Shown in pieces: positions 1-9,812 of a stretch of 64,000 bases of DNA (its first letter is position 1; each line of letters starts with the position of its first letter). The position numbers and the translations under genes are program-made. Source of the stretch: an uncultured Acidobacteriota bacterium (GTDB taxonomy: Bacteria; Acidobacteriota; Vicinamibacteria; Vicinamibacterales; UBA2999); the NCBI GenBank assembly GCA_963713655.1, contig CAVQMT010000046.1:1946-65945 (forward strand), written 5' to 3'. Under the pieces are notes generated by a model. That model was not told the DNA's origin and did no database searches. It saw only the letters and a program-made list of their open reading frames with translations.

Positions 1-1
1 C

Positions 2-280
2 AGCGAATCCGACTTCGAGCTGGCCCGGCTGGACGTGGAAGCCGTCGATACCGTCTCCATCGGCCTGGGGCTCCTGGCCCGCGTGCACAAAGGGACCACG
101 GTGTCGTTCACCCGGCGCAAGGTCAACGGCGAGGCCTGGCTGCCCGCGCGGGCCGAATACGTGTTCAGCGCCCGGGTGCTGCTGCTCAAGCGGCTCCGGG
201 AAGGCGGATCGTTCGAGTTCTCGAACTACCGGAAGTTCACCGTGAACACCTCGACGGCAATCGAATCACCCGCGAACTGA
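2..280 (+). CDS. 3' end of a hypothetical protein (5' end outside window)
   Basis: The frame is open from the window edge to the stop at 278-280 (...FEFSNYRKFTVNTSTAIESPAN*). GC3-rich like its neighbours. No motif recognised. Confidence 0.4.
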   Translation, partial: SESDFELARLDVEAVDTVSIGLGLLARVHKGTTVSFTRRKVNGEAWLPARAEYVFSARVLLLKRLREGGSFEFSNYRKFTVNTSTAIESPAN

Positions 281-306
281 GCGGATCGCATCGCAAAGGA
301 GGCTTC

Positions 307-1134
307 GTGGCCCATCCCCCCGCCCTGCCGTCGTCCGTGTGCCTGCTGCTCGCCGTCGCTGTCCCGGCGCTCGGGGCCGACCTCGAGCCCCGCACCGTCG
401 CCGCATTCGATCGCTACATTCGGGTGACGGAGGCGCAGACCGAGGCCAGGCCCCAGTTCCTGGTGGTGGATGCCCTGCCCGAGCCGGAGCGACGTGCGGC
501 GCTGGCGTCACTGCGCCGCGGCGAGCTGGTAATCGAGCGCGGCCAGACCAAGGACGCTGGCAAGACGCTGGAGGCGCCTGGCGGCCTCGTCCACCATTGG
601 CGAGGCACCGCCTGGGTACCGAACGCCACCGTGGCTCAGGCCGTCGCCCTCCTTCAGGACTACGACAAGCACGCGATGATCTACAGCCCGAACGTGGCGC
701 GCTCGCGCACTCTGTCGAGAGAAGGCGACGTCTTTCGCGTCTATCTCCGATTCGCCATGACGAAGGTCATCACCGTGGTGGTGAATTCCGAGCACGAAGC
801 GCGGTTTTCGTCACCGGCGCCGGACCGGGCGGAGAGCCGCATCTACAGCACACGGATTGCCGAAGTGGACGATCCCGATACGCCGTCCGAGCGCGAACTG
901 CCGGTCGGGCGCGACGGCGGGTATCTGTGGCGGCTTTACACCTACTGGCGCTTCCTGGAACGGGACGGCGGGACCTATATCCAGTGCGAGGCCGTGTCGC
1001 TGACGCGGGGGATCCCCTTCGGGCTAGGCTGGGTGGTGGGCCCGTTCGTGACCAGCATTCCCCGCGAGTCGCTGACCTTCACGTTGGAAACGACGCGCAA
1101 GGTGCTGGCCGGCCGGCCCGCCGGCACGAAGTAG
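307..1134 (+). CDS. hypothetical secreted protein
   Basis: 275-aa ORF with a GTG start after a 26-nt gap. Signal-peptide-like N-terminus (SSVCLLLAVAVPALGA). No catalytic motif recognised. Confidence 0.55.
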   Translation: MAHPPALPSSVCLLLAVAVPALGADLEPRTVAAFDRYIRVTEAQTEARPQFLVVDALPEPERRAALASLRRGELVIERGQTKDAGKTLEAPGGLVHHWRGTAWVPNATVAQAVALLQDYDKHAMIYSPNVARSRTLSREGDVFRVYLRFAMTKVITVVVNSEHEARFSSPAPDRAESRIYSTRIAEVDDPDTPSERELPVGRDGGYLWRLYTYWRFLERDGGTYIQCEAVSLTRGIPFGLGWVVGPFVTSIPRESLTFTLETTRKVLAGRPAGTK

Positions 1135-1147
1135 CGAGCCGGCGGCG

Positions 1148-1808
1148 TCAGGCGCGGCGCGCTTCCGGCGCCGCCGCCGACGCGGCGCGGGCCAGGGCGT
1201 CGCGGAACACCTCGACCGACTGCGCGCCCGAGACGCCGAAGCGCGAGTCGATGACGAAGAACGGCACGCCGTTGGCACCGAGGTGCCGCGCCTGCTCGCC
1301 CTCGGCGGCGACGGCGGCGGTGTAGGTCCCCTCCTCGAGCGCCTGGCGGGATGCGCGCCGGGTCCAGGCCCGCCTCCGCGGCCAGCGTCACCAGCGACTC
1401 GGGATCGAACACCGACCGGCCTTCGGTGAAATACGCCCGGAAGAACCGCTCCATCACGGCGTCGCCGACGCCCTGGGCGCGACCCAGGTGCACCAGCTCG
1501 TGCGCCAGCCGCGTGTTGCCGGTGACGCCCTCGGGGCGCAGGTGGAACTCCAAGCCGTCGGCCCCCGCCCGCTGCTCCATCTGCGCGTCCATCGCCTCGA
1601 CCTGCTGCGCTGACAAGCGGTACTTGGTCATCAGCATCTGGCGGCGGTTGTGGGTCTGGCCGAGTGGCCGGGAGGGATCGAGTTGAAACGACCGGTGCAC
1701 GACGGTCGCGCCCCCGGGCGCGTCGAACGACTCGAGCGCCGTCTCGAAGCGGCGCTTGCCGATGTAGCACCAAGGGCAGACAACATCCGACCAGATGTCG
1801 ATGTGCAT
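1148..1808 (-). CDS. DsbA-family (FrnE-like) thiol:disulfide oxidoreductase, apparent 1-nt frameshift
   Basis: MHIDIWSDVVCPWCYIGKRRF carries a CPWC thioredoxin-fold motif. Track ORF 975..1808 becomes Arg-rich nonsense after ...GLDPARI. Changing frame near 1346-1353 gives ...RQALEEGTYTAAVAAEGEQARHLGANGVPFFVIDSRFGVSGAQSVEVFRDAL..., ending at TGA 1148-1150. Confidence 0.8.
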
Positions 1809-1854
1809 TACAGACTCGTATTGGGGTCGGGCCTCAGATTCTGTACCCTCCCTC

Positions 1855-2346
1855 TCAAAGCAGCCGCTGCAGGAACACCAGGTCCAGACGCCGGCCGAAC
1901 TTGAAGCCTACCTCGCGCAGGTGCCCGACGCGCTCGAAGCCCAGCCGCTCGTGGAAGCGGATGGAGCTGGCGTTGTCGGCATCCACACCGGCCATCATGA
2001 CATGCTTGCCGAGCGCGCGGGCGCGCGCGATCAGCGGCTGCATCAGCGCCTGCCCCAGGCCGCTGCCGCGCCGGTCGGCCCGGACATGCACGGAATGCTC
2101 GACCGTATAGCGGTAGCCGGGCGAGGCGCGAAAATCACCGAAGCTCGCGAACCCGACTACCTCACCCTCCTCGACCGCGACCAGCACGGGATAGCCATGC
2201 GCGGCGCGAGCCTGCCACCACTCGCGGCGATCCTCGAGCGTGGCCGGATCGTCGCGATATACGGCCGTGGTAGTCGCGATGACGTCGTTGTAGATCGCCA
2301 GGACGCCAGCCAGGTCCTCCTCGCGTGCGTCCCGCACCTGCAGCAC
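1855..2346 (-). CDS. GNAT N-acetyltransferase (phosphinothricin/MSO acetyltransferase-like)
   Basis: 163 aa. Contains ...VLVAVEEGEVVGFASF... and the acetyl-CoA motif RRGSGLGQALMQPLIARARALG. Confidence 0.8.
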   Translation of the reverse strand: MLQVRDAREEDLAGVLAIYNDVIATTTAVYRDDPATLEDRREWWQARAAHGYPVLVAVEEGEVVGFASFGDFRASPGYRYTVEHSVHVRADRRGSGLGQALMQPLIARARALGKHVMMAGVDADNASSIRFHERLGFERVGHLREVGFKFGRRLDLVFLQRLL

Positions 2347-2358
2347 GAGCCCGCTCCT

Positions 2359-3278
2359 TCAGCGCTGGGTCAGACGATAGCCGCGCTGGCTCAGCAGATC
2401 GACCAGCCCGTCGGTGCCCACCAGGTGGCCGGCGCCGACGACCACCATGCACCGGCCGGCAGCCAGGCACTCCTCGATCTTCGGCACCCACCGCTTGTTC
2501 CGGTCGATGAAGAGGACCTGGTGAATCGCCGGCGAGTCCTTCGCGCTGTCCACCAGGAGGCGCTCGATCACCGCGGTGTCACCCGCCTGCCACGCCGTCA
2601 TCAGCGTGCGCACCTGCGTGACCTCGGTGGACGCGCCCTGCAGCGCCTCGATGACCAGCGCATCCTGGAGCGCCGGACCCAACGCCTCCAGCATGGCCAC
2701 CTGGTCGAGCGCCGCCTCCAGCGTGCGCACCGGCTTCTTCATGGCCACCGCGCGATCGCGAAAATGGCGGTCGATGCCGAGCGCGGGGTCGAAGCCGGCG
2801 GACTGCATCTCCAGCGCCGCCAGGGTGACGGCCACCATCCAGGGACGCATCCGCTGTACCGCCTCCAGGGGCAGGCCGGCCTGGGTTGCGCGCTCGACGA
2901 TCACTTTGTACGTGGAAGGCCGCCACCGTTGCCTGCAGCGTCTGTCCGGGTGGAAAGAACGCGCGCTTCAGCAGTTCTGCGGCCGCCTCGGGCGTCCTCA
3001 GCTCGTCGGGGTCGGCTTCTTCGATCAACGTGTCCGCCGACTGGAACGCCGCCTCCACGGCCGCAGGCAGCGGGTAGGCCTCCGGCGGCAGCAGGTGGAG
3101 GGACCCGACCAGCCAGCTGGTCTTGCCGTCCCGTTCCACCGTCCAGATCAGCCCCTTGTTGACCGGACGTGGCGCAGCGGCCGGCCCACGCGCCTGCGCG
3201 AGCGCCAGCGTGGGCTCGAGCACCCACAGCAGCGCCAGCGCCAGGCCGGCGCGGCGAAGTCGGCGGCGCAGCGGGCAT
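2359..3278 (-). CDS. TraB/GumN family protein, two apparent frameshifts
   Basis: ...GLIWTVERDGKTSWLVGSLHLLPPEAYPL... lies in track ORF 2579..3223. It continues as ...VIVERATQAGLPLEAVQRMRPWMVAVTL...VVVGAGHLVGTDGLVDLL in ORF 2359..2904, with a shift at about 2905-2950. The signal peptide LRRRLRRAGLALALLWV lacks an in-frame ATG. ATG 3278 is one base out of frame at the ccc run 3273-3275. Confidence 0.7.
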
Positions 3279-3340
3279 CAGCGGCCGAATCCGATCACCA
3301 CCGACGACGCCACCTGACGCATGGTTCCTCGCTGGACTTC

Positions 3341-4657
3341 CTACGCCGCCGGCGACGACAAGCACCAGCGTCACGTTGGTGCCGCCGAACCCGAACGAAT
3401 TCGAGAGCGCGTGACGGAGCGGACGCGCGGTGGGCTCGAGCACGGGCGGGTAGGCTTCCAGCTCCGGGTCGAGCGGCCTCGCGTTGATCGACGGCGCCAG
3501 CCAGCCGCCGCGCAGCATCGCCAGCGTGAAAATCGCTTCGATCGCCCCGGCCGCCGACACCGTGTGCCCGGTGTAGCCCTTGGTGGACGAGTAGGCGACG
3601 TGACGCCCCCCAGGACCGAGCGGATCGCGCGCACCTCGGACACGTCGCCCGCCGGCGTGGAGGTGCCGTGCGTGTTCACGTAGTCGATCGCGTCGGGCGG
3701 CAGCCCCGCGTGCGCCAGCGCGGCCTCGATCGAACGGCGCGCGCCATCCGACGAGGGCGCCACCATGTCGCCTTCCCCGTCGCTCGACATGCCCCACCCG
3801 CGCACGACGCCCAGAATCCCGGCGCCGCGCGCCTCGGCCGCCGCGCGCGACTCCAGCACCACCACGCCCGCGCCTTCGGCAAAGATGAACCCCTTGCGAT
3901 CGGCCGCATAGGGACGCGACGCGCGCTCCGGGTGATCGTTGTCCTCGGAGTTGTAGGCGCGCATCGAGTCGAACCCGGAATGGAAGTGGGGATCGGTCTC
4001 CTCGCAGCCGCCCGCCACGGCCACGTCGCAGTGCCCGCTCTCGATCAGCATCGCCGCCAGCAGCAGGTTGTAGGCGCCGCCGGCGCACGCCGCGCTGGTC
4101 GTGAAGGACGGGCCGGTGGAGCCGAGCACGTTCACGAGGTTCGCCGACGCCGTGGACGCCATCAGGCGCGGCACCACGGTCGGCAGGATGCGCCGCATGT
4201 TCCTGGATTCGCTGAGCCTGTCCTGGATCTCGACGTGGGTCCGGACGTCGCCGGCACCCGATCCCACCACCACCGCGAAGTCGCGCCGCGTCAGGCCCGC
4301 CTGCGCCAGCGCCCGGCGCGCGGCAGCGAGCGCCAGCCGTGACTGCCGGCCCATGAATCGGCCCTGCGCCTTGCTGACGCCGATGTCCTCATCGGTGAGT
4401 TCGCCGGGATAGATGCCGGCGATCTGACAGCGGCCGTTCATGTCGACGGCCGGCGGGTACGGCTGGAACGGTGTGCCCCTGCCCTCGCGCAGCATGCCCT
4501 CGAGCGCGGGCAGGTCGTCGCCCATGTGGCACAACACGCCCGCCCCTGTCACCACAACTTCCCGTCCGCGCCGACGCCTGCCCGATCCGTCCATGTCGCC
4601 AGCCATGCCCGCTTTTGGGAGTATAACGGGCTCGTCGGTCTCCGGGCTCCGGGCCAC
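3341..4657 (-). CDS. beta-ketoacyl-ACP synthase (KAS I/II type), frameshifted
   Basis: Active-site Cys context TTSAACAGGAYNLL. His motifs are YVNTHGTSTPAGD and, after a frame change at the C6 run 3606-3611, GYTGHTVSAAGAIE. The C-terminus reads NSFGFGGTNVTLVL. There is no in-frame stop; TAG 3341-3343 is reachable with one more 1-nt shift. The start may instead be Met at 4609 or 4597. Confidence 0.85.
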
Positions 4658-4742
4658 GGTCTCTGGGCTCTACCAGGAACAAGTTGGCGCGAGATAGGTG
4701 AGCGACCTGCGAGGCGCAGTCAAGGTGTGCGCTGCAGGACTG

Positions 4743-4763
4743 TAGACCGTAGACCGTAGACCG
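4743..4763. repeat. heptamer tandem repeat, 3 x TAGACCG
   Basis: Three perfect contiguous copies (4743-49, 4750-56, 4757-63), preceded by gcaggactg. They lie between the MFS stop (4767) and the KAS start. Confidence 0.95.
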
Positions 4764-4766
4764 AGC

Positions 4767-6090
4767 CTACTTGTGATCCAACGACTCCTGGTCCTTCAAC
4801 AGCCACACGCAGATCAGGCTGACGAGCGCGGTCATGGACACGTAGGCAGCCACGGCCATCGAGGTCTGGAATGTCTGGTACAGATAGAGCGCGATGATGG
4901 GCGCCGGGCCGCCGGCGGTGAGCGAGGCCAGCTGGTAGCCCAGGCTGGCGCCGCTGTAGCGCAGCGTGCCCGGGAAGCGCTCGGCGATGAAGGCCGCCTG
5001 CGGCCCGTACTGCAGGTCCTGGCTCGGCAACCCGAGCGCGATGGCAATGAAGACCAGCCAGGTGTTCCGCGTGTCCAGCATGCCGAAGTAGATGAACGGA
5101 AACACCAGCATCAGGATGCAGCCGATGGCCGTGATGCGGCGCCGCCCGATGACGTCCGACAGGTGGCCGAAGTAGGGGATCGCGCAGGTCGAGATCACGG
5201 CCTGCACCATCACGAAGCCCAGCACCAGGCTCCGGCTCATGCCCAGCGTCTGCGTGGCATAGGTCAAGACATAGGTGGTGAAGATATAGAAGGGCGTCTG
5301 CTGGCCGCTGCGCAGGAGCGCGGTGAGAATCAGCTCGCGCCAGTGGGCCTTCACGACCTGCACCACCGGCGCCTTCTCGACCCGGCCCTGCTCCCGCAGC
5401 TTGGCGAACACCGGCGTCTCGAGCACGCCGGTGCGGATGTACAGGCCCACGAACACCAGCGCGGCGCTGAGCATGAACGGCACGCGCCAGCCCCAGCTCA
5501 GAAACGCCTCCTCGCTGGTCGCGAACGACATCACCGACAACGCGCCGTTGGCCAGCACCATGCCGGCCGGTGCACCGAGCTGGGCAAAGCTGGTGGTGAA
5601 GCCGCGCCGCTTCGGGTCGGTCCACTCCCCGGCCATCAGCACCGCACCGCCCCACTCGCCGCCGACGCCGATGCCCTGGATGATGCGGAAGAACGTCAGC
5701 AGCACCGCGCCCCAGATGCCGATGCTGTCGTAGTTGGGGACCAGCCCGATGCCCATCGTCGCACCGCCCATCAGGACCAGCGTGGCAATCAGCGCGGCCT
5801 TGCGGCCGATGCGGTCGCCGTAGTGGCCGAAGAGCGCCGCGCCGAACGGCCGTGCGACGAAGCCGACGAAGTAGGTGGAGAACGCCAGCAGCGTGCCGGT
5901 GTAGGGATCGTTGCCGGGGAAGAACTGGCGTGGGAACACCAGCGCGGCAGCGACGCCGTAGAGGAAGAAGTCGTACCACTCGATGGTGGTGCCGGCGGCG
6001 GACGCGATGATCGGCCCGGCGCATCATGCGCCGGTGCGCCGCGTCGTCCAGAGCGGCACCCGGGGTGGTCAGAGTCTCGGCTGTTGCCAC
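4767..6090 (-). CDS. MFS transporter (metabolite:H+ symporter family-like), frameshifted near 5' end
   Basis: Polytopic hydrophobic protein with ...GTTIEWYDFFLYGVAAALVFPRQFF... and GRKAALIATLVLMG. The GTG-6090 N-terminus (MATAETLTTPGAALDDAAHRRMMRRAG) is in a different frame from track ORF 4767..5939. The shift is at about 6005-6015. Confidence 0.8.
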
Positions 6091-6198
6091 GACGTCTCCT
6101 CGCCGCCCGCACCGCGGGCGAGCGCAGGCATTCTACAGTGCCGCGGCGGAGGTATAGTCGCAGGTCACAGCAGAGAATCGGGTAATCTCACCACCTTG

Positions 6199-6975
6199 AT
6201 GATCCGAACCCTGTCGTGGCTCGCCGTTCTGGGCGCGTGCGTGGGTGCCGTCCGGCTCGACGCGCAGGCGCTCACCCAGGACCACACCTACACGCGCGCC
6301 GACGTGGAGGCGGGCCAGCGGCTCTACGGTCCGCAGTGCCAGGTCTGTCACGGCGCCACCGGCGACGGGGTGCCGGGCATCGATTTGCGACTTGGCCGCT
6401 TCCGGCGCTCGTCGTCCGACGACGACCTCGCCAGGATCATCACCTCGGGCATCGCGGGCGCCGGCATGCCGGGCTTCAAGCTGCAGCCGGCCGAGCTCAC
6501 GGGCATCATCGCCTTCATCCGGGCGGGCTTCGACGCGGCGTCGGCGTCGGTGCGCCTCGGCAACGCCGAGCGGGGTAAAGCGCTGTTCGAGGGCAAGGCG
6601 GTCTGCGCGCAGTGCCACCGGGTGAAGGGTCAGGGTCCGCGCGTCGCGCCCGACCTGAGCGAGATCGGCGCGATTCGCACGCTGGCGTCGCTGCAGCGCA
6701 CGCTGCTCAACCCGACCGAGTCCCTGCTGCCGATCAACCGGCCCGTCCGCATCGTGACCAAGGATGGCCGCACCATCCGCGGCCGGCGCCTGAACGAAGA
6801 CACCTACACCGTGCAGCTGATCGACACCCAGGAGCGCCTGCACTCGCTGGTCAAGGCGGACCTGAAGGAGTTCGTGGTCGAAACCACGGCGACGATGCCG
6901 TCCTATCAAGGCCGGCTGACCGCGGACGAGCTGGCCGACGTGATCGCCTACCTGACCACGCTGAAGGGGTTGTGA
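6199..6975 (+). CDS. dihaem c-type cytochrome
   Basis: ATG at 6199 inside track ORF 5983..6975. Signal peptide MIRTLSWLAVLGACVGA. Two CXXCH motifs (CQVCH, CAQCH). Confidence 0.8.
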   Translation: MIRTLSWLAVLGACVGAVRLDAQALTQDHTYTRADVEAGQRLYGPQCQVCHGATGDGVPGIDLRLGRFRRSSSDDDLARIITSGIAGAGMPGFKLQPAELTGIIAFIRAGFDAASASVRLGNAERGKALFEGKAVCAQCHRVKGQGPRVAPDLSEIGAIRTLASLQRTLLNPTESLLPINRPVRIVTKDGRTIRGRRLNEDTYTVQLIDTQERLHSLVKADLKEFVVETTATMPSYQGRLTADELADVIAYLTTLKGL

Positions 6976-6977
6976 CC

Positions 6978-8657
6978 ATGCCGCGTTCGACGCTCCGGTT
7001 CTCGCGCGTGCTGCAGCTCGTCGCCGCGCTGCTCCTCGGCGCGTCGATCGCGCCGCGGCTTGCCGCCCAGGTGACCCCCGATCGCCTGCTGCGCGCCGCG
7101 CAGGAACCCCAGAACTGGCTGACCTATTCGGGCGGCTACGCGAGCCAGCGCTACACGACGCTGCAGCAGGTCACGCCGCTCAACGTCCGCGACCTCGAGC
7201 AGAAGTGGGTGCTGCAGGGCCAGGTACTGGGCGCGTGGCAGTCGACGCCGCTGGTCGTGGACGGCATCATGTACGTCACCCAGCGGCCCAACGACGTGCT
7301 GGCGCTCGACGCGAAGACCGGCCGCGTCTTCTGGCAGTACCGCTACGCCAACTCACCGGATCAGCGCGTGTGCTGCGGCGCCAACAATCGCGGCGTCGCC
7401 ATTCACGGCGAGACGCTGTTCATGGGCACGCTGGACGCCCACCTGGTCGCCATCGACGCCAAGAACGGCCAGCCAATCTGGAACATCGCGGTCGCGGACT
7501 CGAAGCTCGCCTACTCGGTGACGCTATCGCCGCTCGTGATCAAGGACAAGGTGGTCATTGGCGTCGGCGGCGCCGAGTACGGCATCCGCGGCTTCGTGGC
7601 GGCCTACGACGTCAAGACCGGCAAGGAAGCCTGGCGCTTCGAAACCATCCCGCGCCCGGGCCAGAAAGGCAGCGACACGTGGGCCGGCAACGCCTGGGAG
7701 CACGGCGGCGGCTCGATCTGGGTGACCGGCTCGTACGACCCTGACCTGAACCTGACCTACTGGGGCGTCGGCAACCCTGGGCCCGACTGGAACCCGGATC
7801 AACGTCCCGGCGACAACCTCTACACCGACTCGGTAGTGGCACTCGACGCCGACACCGGTGCCTTGAAGTGGCACTTCCAGTTCACGCCCAACGACGCCTA
7901 CGACTACGACGCCGTGCAGGTGGCGGTGCTGGCGGATCTGGCCATCAACGGCGCGCCGGCGAAGGTCATGCTGTGGGCCAACCGCAACGGCTTCTTCTAC
8001 GTGCTGGATCGGGCCACCGGCAAGTTCCTGCGCGGCAACCCGTTCGTGAAAGTGAACTGGGCCAGCGGCCTCGATCCGAACGGCCGCCCGATCCAGACGC
8101 CACAGCCGCCGGGCTCCGCCACCTGGCCGGGCAACCAGGGCGGCACCAACTGGTACTCGCCGTCGTTCAGCCCGCGCACTGGCCTCTTCTACGTGTCCGC
8201 CTGGGAGGGCTACGCGTCCTACTACCGGCGCGAGCACCAGGAGTTCGAGCTCGGCCGCAACTTCGCCGGCGGCGGCCATCGCGTGGTGACGCCGGTGCCC
8301 GATGCGCCGGCCGTGGGCATCGGCCGCCGCAGCCCGATCAACAACTGGACCGATGCCGTGGGCCATGGCGCGGTGATCGCGCTGGATCCGCGCACCGGTC
8401 AGCAGAAGTGGAAGTTCGATCAGTTCGACGTCACCGACAGCGGCATCCTGACCACGGCCACCGACCTGCTGTTCACCGGCGGCCGCGAGGGGCACTTCCA
8501 TGCCCTCGACGCGCGTACCGGAGCGCTGCTGTGGAAGGCCAGTCTCGGCGGCCAGATCGTCAACGCGCCGATCAGCTATCAGGTGGACGGCCAGCAATAC
8601 ATCGCGACCATCGCCGGCAACTCGCTGGTGTCGTTCGCACTGCGCGCGCCTCGCTGA
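6978..8657 (+). CDS. PQQ-dependent dehydrogenase, methanol/ethanol family
   Basis: ATG lies 2 nt after the cytochrome stop. Signal peptide present. Propeller repeats with conserved W. A vicinal Cys pair (RVCCGANNRG) is typical of this quinoprotein family. No frame breaks. Confidence 0.85.
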   Translation: MPRSTLRFSRVLQLVAALLLGASIAPRLAAQVTPDRLLRAAQEPQNWLTYSGGYASQRYTTLQQVTPLNVRDLEQKWVLQGQVLGAWQSTPLVVDGIMYVTQRPNDVLALDAKTGRVFWQYRYANSPDQRVCCGANNRGVAIHGETLFMGTLDAHLVAIDAKNGQPIWNIAVADSKLAYSVTLSPLVIKDKVVIGVGGAEYGIRGFVAAYDVKTGKEAWRFETIPRPGQKGSDTWAGNAWEHGGGSIWVTGSYDPDLNLTYWGVGNPGPDWNPDQRPGDNLYTDSVVALDADTGALKWHFQFTPNDAYDYDAVQVAVLADLAINGAPAKVMLWANRNGFFYVLDRATGKFLRGNPFVKVNWASGLDPNGRPIQTPQPPGSATWPGNQGGTNWYSPSFSPRTGLFYVSAWEGYASYYRREHQEFELGRNFAGGGHRVVTPVPDAPAVGIGRRSPINNWTDAVGHGAVIALDPRTGQQKWKFDQFDVTDSGILTTATDLLFTGGREGHFHALDARTGALLWKASLGGQIVNAPISYQVDGQQYIATIAGNSLVSFALRAPR

Positions 8658-8693
8658 GCTGGCGACACTCGAGCTAGGAACGGCCCAACTAAT

Positions 8694-8760
8694 ACCAACC
8701 TCCACCGATAGTCGGCACCAACCTTCACCGATAGTCCCCCACCAACCTCCACCGACCGTC
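8694..8760. repeat. three tandem ~23-24 bp direct repeats
   Basis: accaacctccaccgatagtc (8694-8713), accaaccttcaccgatagtc (8717-8736) and accaacctccaccgaccgtc (8741-8760). They lie between the PQQ dehydrogenase stop and the ytxH-like start. Confidence 0.9.
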
Positions 8761-8829
8761 CGCACTCTGGCACGCTCCGTGCTCTTTCGAAGTCGAGACG
8801 CTTCGAACCCCGACGCGCGAGGAGGACTC

Positions 8830-9183
8830 ATGCTGCACGATCGCCACGATCCATCGTACGGATTTACTTCAGGCATCTTGACCGGAGCCGTCATCGGCGG
8901 CGCACTGGCCTTGCTGTTTGCGCCCAAGACCGGCACGCAGCTCCGCGAGGAGCTTGGCGAATCGGTCGGCTCGCTGCGCGACGCGCTGGCCAGGCGGTAC
9001 CGGGAGCTGGCGGATCGTGCGGGCGTCGAGGTCGAAAACCTGCAGGAGCAGGTCGAGCGCGCGGCGGAGGGCCTGGAGGCCAGCGCCCGCGAGTTCGTGG
9101 ACACGGGCCGCGCAGCGTGCCCACCGCGCCGGCCCCGCGAGCTGATGTCGGATCGAATCGAAGCGTACGCCGAGGAGGATTAG
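8830..9183 (+). CDS. YtxH domain-containing protein
   Basis: ATG 8830 follows SD GGAGG (8821-8825). The N-terminal helix GILTGAVIGGALALLFAPKTGTQLREEL is followed by a charged coiled region. Confidence 0.7.
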   Translation: MLHDRHDPSYGFTSGILTGAVIGGALALLFAPKTGTQLREELGESVGSLRDALARRYRELADRAGVEVENLQEQVERAAEGLEASAREFVDTGRAACPPRRPRELMSDRIEAYAEED

Positions 9184-9186
9184 TCC

Positions 9187-9339
9187 ATGTTGAACACGAT
9201 TCTGATTGTGCTGCTGCTCTTGTGGCTGCTGGGCATGGTGAGCTCGTATACGCTGGGCGGCTTCATCCACCTGCTGCTCGTGCTGGCCATCGCCGTCGTG
9301 CTGATCCGCATGATCCAGGGCCGCAGCCCGGTTGTGTGA
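9187..9339 (+). CDS. small two-TM membrane protein (lmo0937-family-like)
   Basis: Absent from the ORF track because it is under 60 aa. It runs from ATG 9187 to TGA 9337-9339: MLNTILIVLLLLWLLGMVSSYTLGGFIHLLLVLAIAVVLIRMIQGRSPVV. Confidence 0.6.
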   Translation: MLNTILIVLLLLWLLGMVSSYTLGGFIHLLLVLAIAVVLIRMIQGRSPVV

Positions 9340-9340
9340 C

Positions 9341-9382
9341 GCCGTGACCGGCTGCCGGCGTATCGCCGGGGCCGGTCACGGC
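9341..9382 (+). terminator. long GC hairpin after the small membrane-protein gene (no U tract)
   Basis: gccgtgaccgg (9341-9351) pairs with ccggtcacggc (9372-9382). An inner stem is ccggcg/cgccgg. Confidence 0.35.
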
Positions 9383-9812
9383 CGTGTCGGGGTCAATTGC
9401 CAGGTGCTGGTTCGCGGGCCGCGGCCGGAATCAGCGCCTGGACCGCCCAATTCGTCGCCGCGGCCGAGATGAACTGGTCGCGGCCCCCACGCACTCTTTC
9501 GCCCTCCTTCTTCTCCGCCGTCGTACAGAGAAAGTGACGCCGCCGTGGCGTGAGTGCCGCCGCGCATACCACACCTCCTCGCGCGAGCTGGCCGATATCG
9601 CGAAGAACAGGCCGAGCGCTCGTCTCTACCACCGCGCCAACCCGGGCTGCGATCAGGTGGCACCAACTGCGGCACCTCGGGCGACGAAGAGGTGGCGCTG
9701 GGCGAGATGCGGCAGTTCTAACCCCCGGCCGGTGGTCGAGGCGCACGACCTCGATGTCTTTTAGTACACTCGCGTCGCCCATCCAACTCGACGCGATTCG
9801 GGGGTGCCAGAG

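Noticed and set aside
3278-3322. A 14-codon mini-ORF (MRQVASSVVIGFGR*) with an SD-like gcgagga. Its stop overlaps the TraB/GumN ATG.
   Set aside because: It lies where the KAS 3' end is itself unresolved because of frame breaks. It cannot be distinguished from mis-framed KAS tail sequence.
9393-9700. A minus-strand remnant ending ...GGRDQFISAAATNWAVQALIPAAAREPAPGN*. It is faintly reminiscent of the C-terminal repeats of prenyltransferase/terpene-cyclase-like proteins.
   Set aside because: The similarity rests on one short motif, there is no start, and upstream frames are incoherent. This is too weak to call as a feature.
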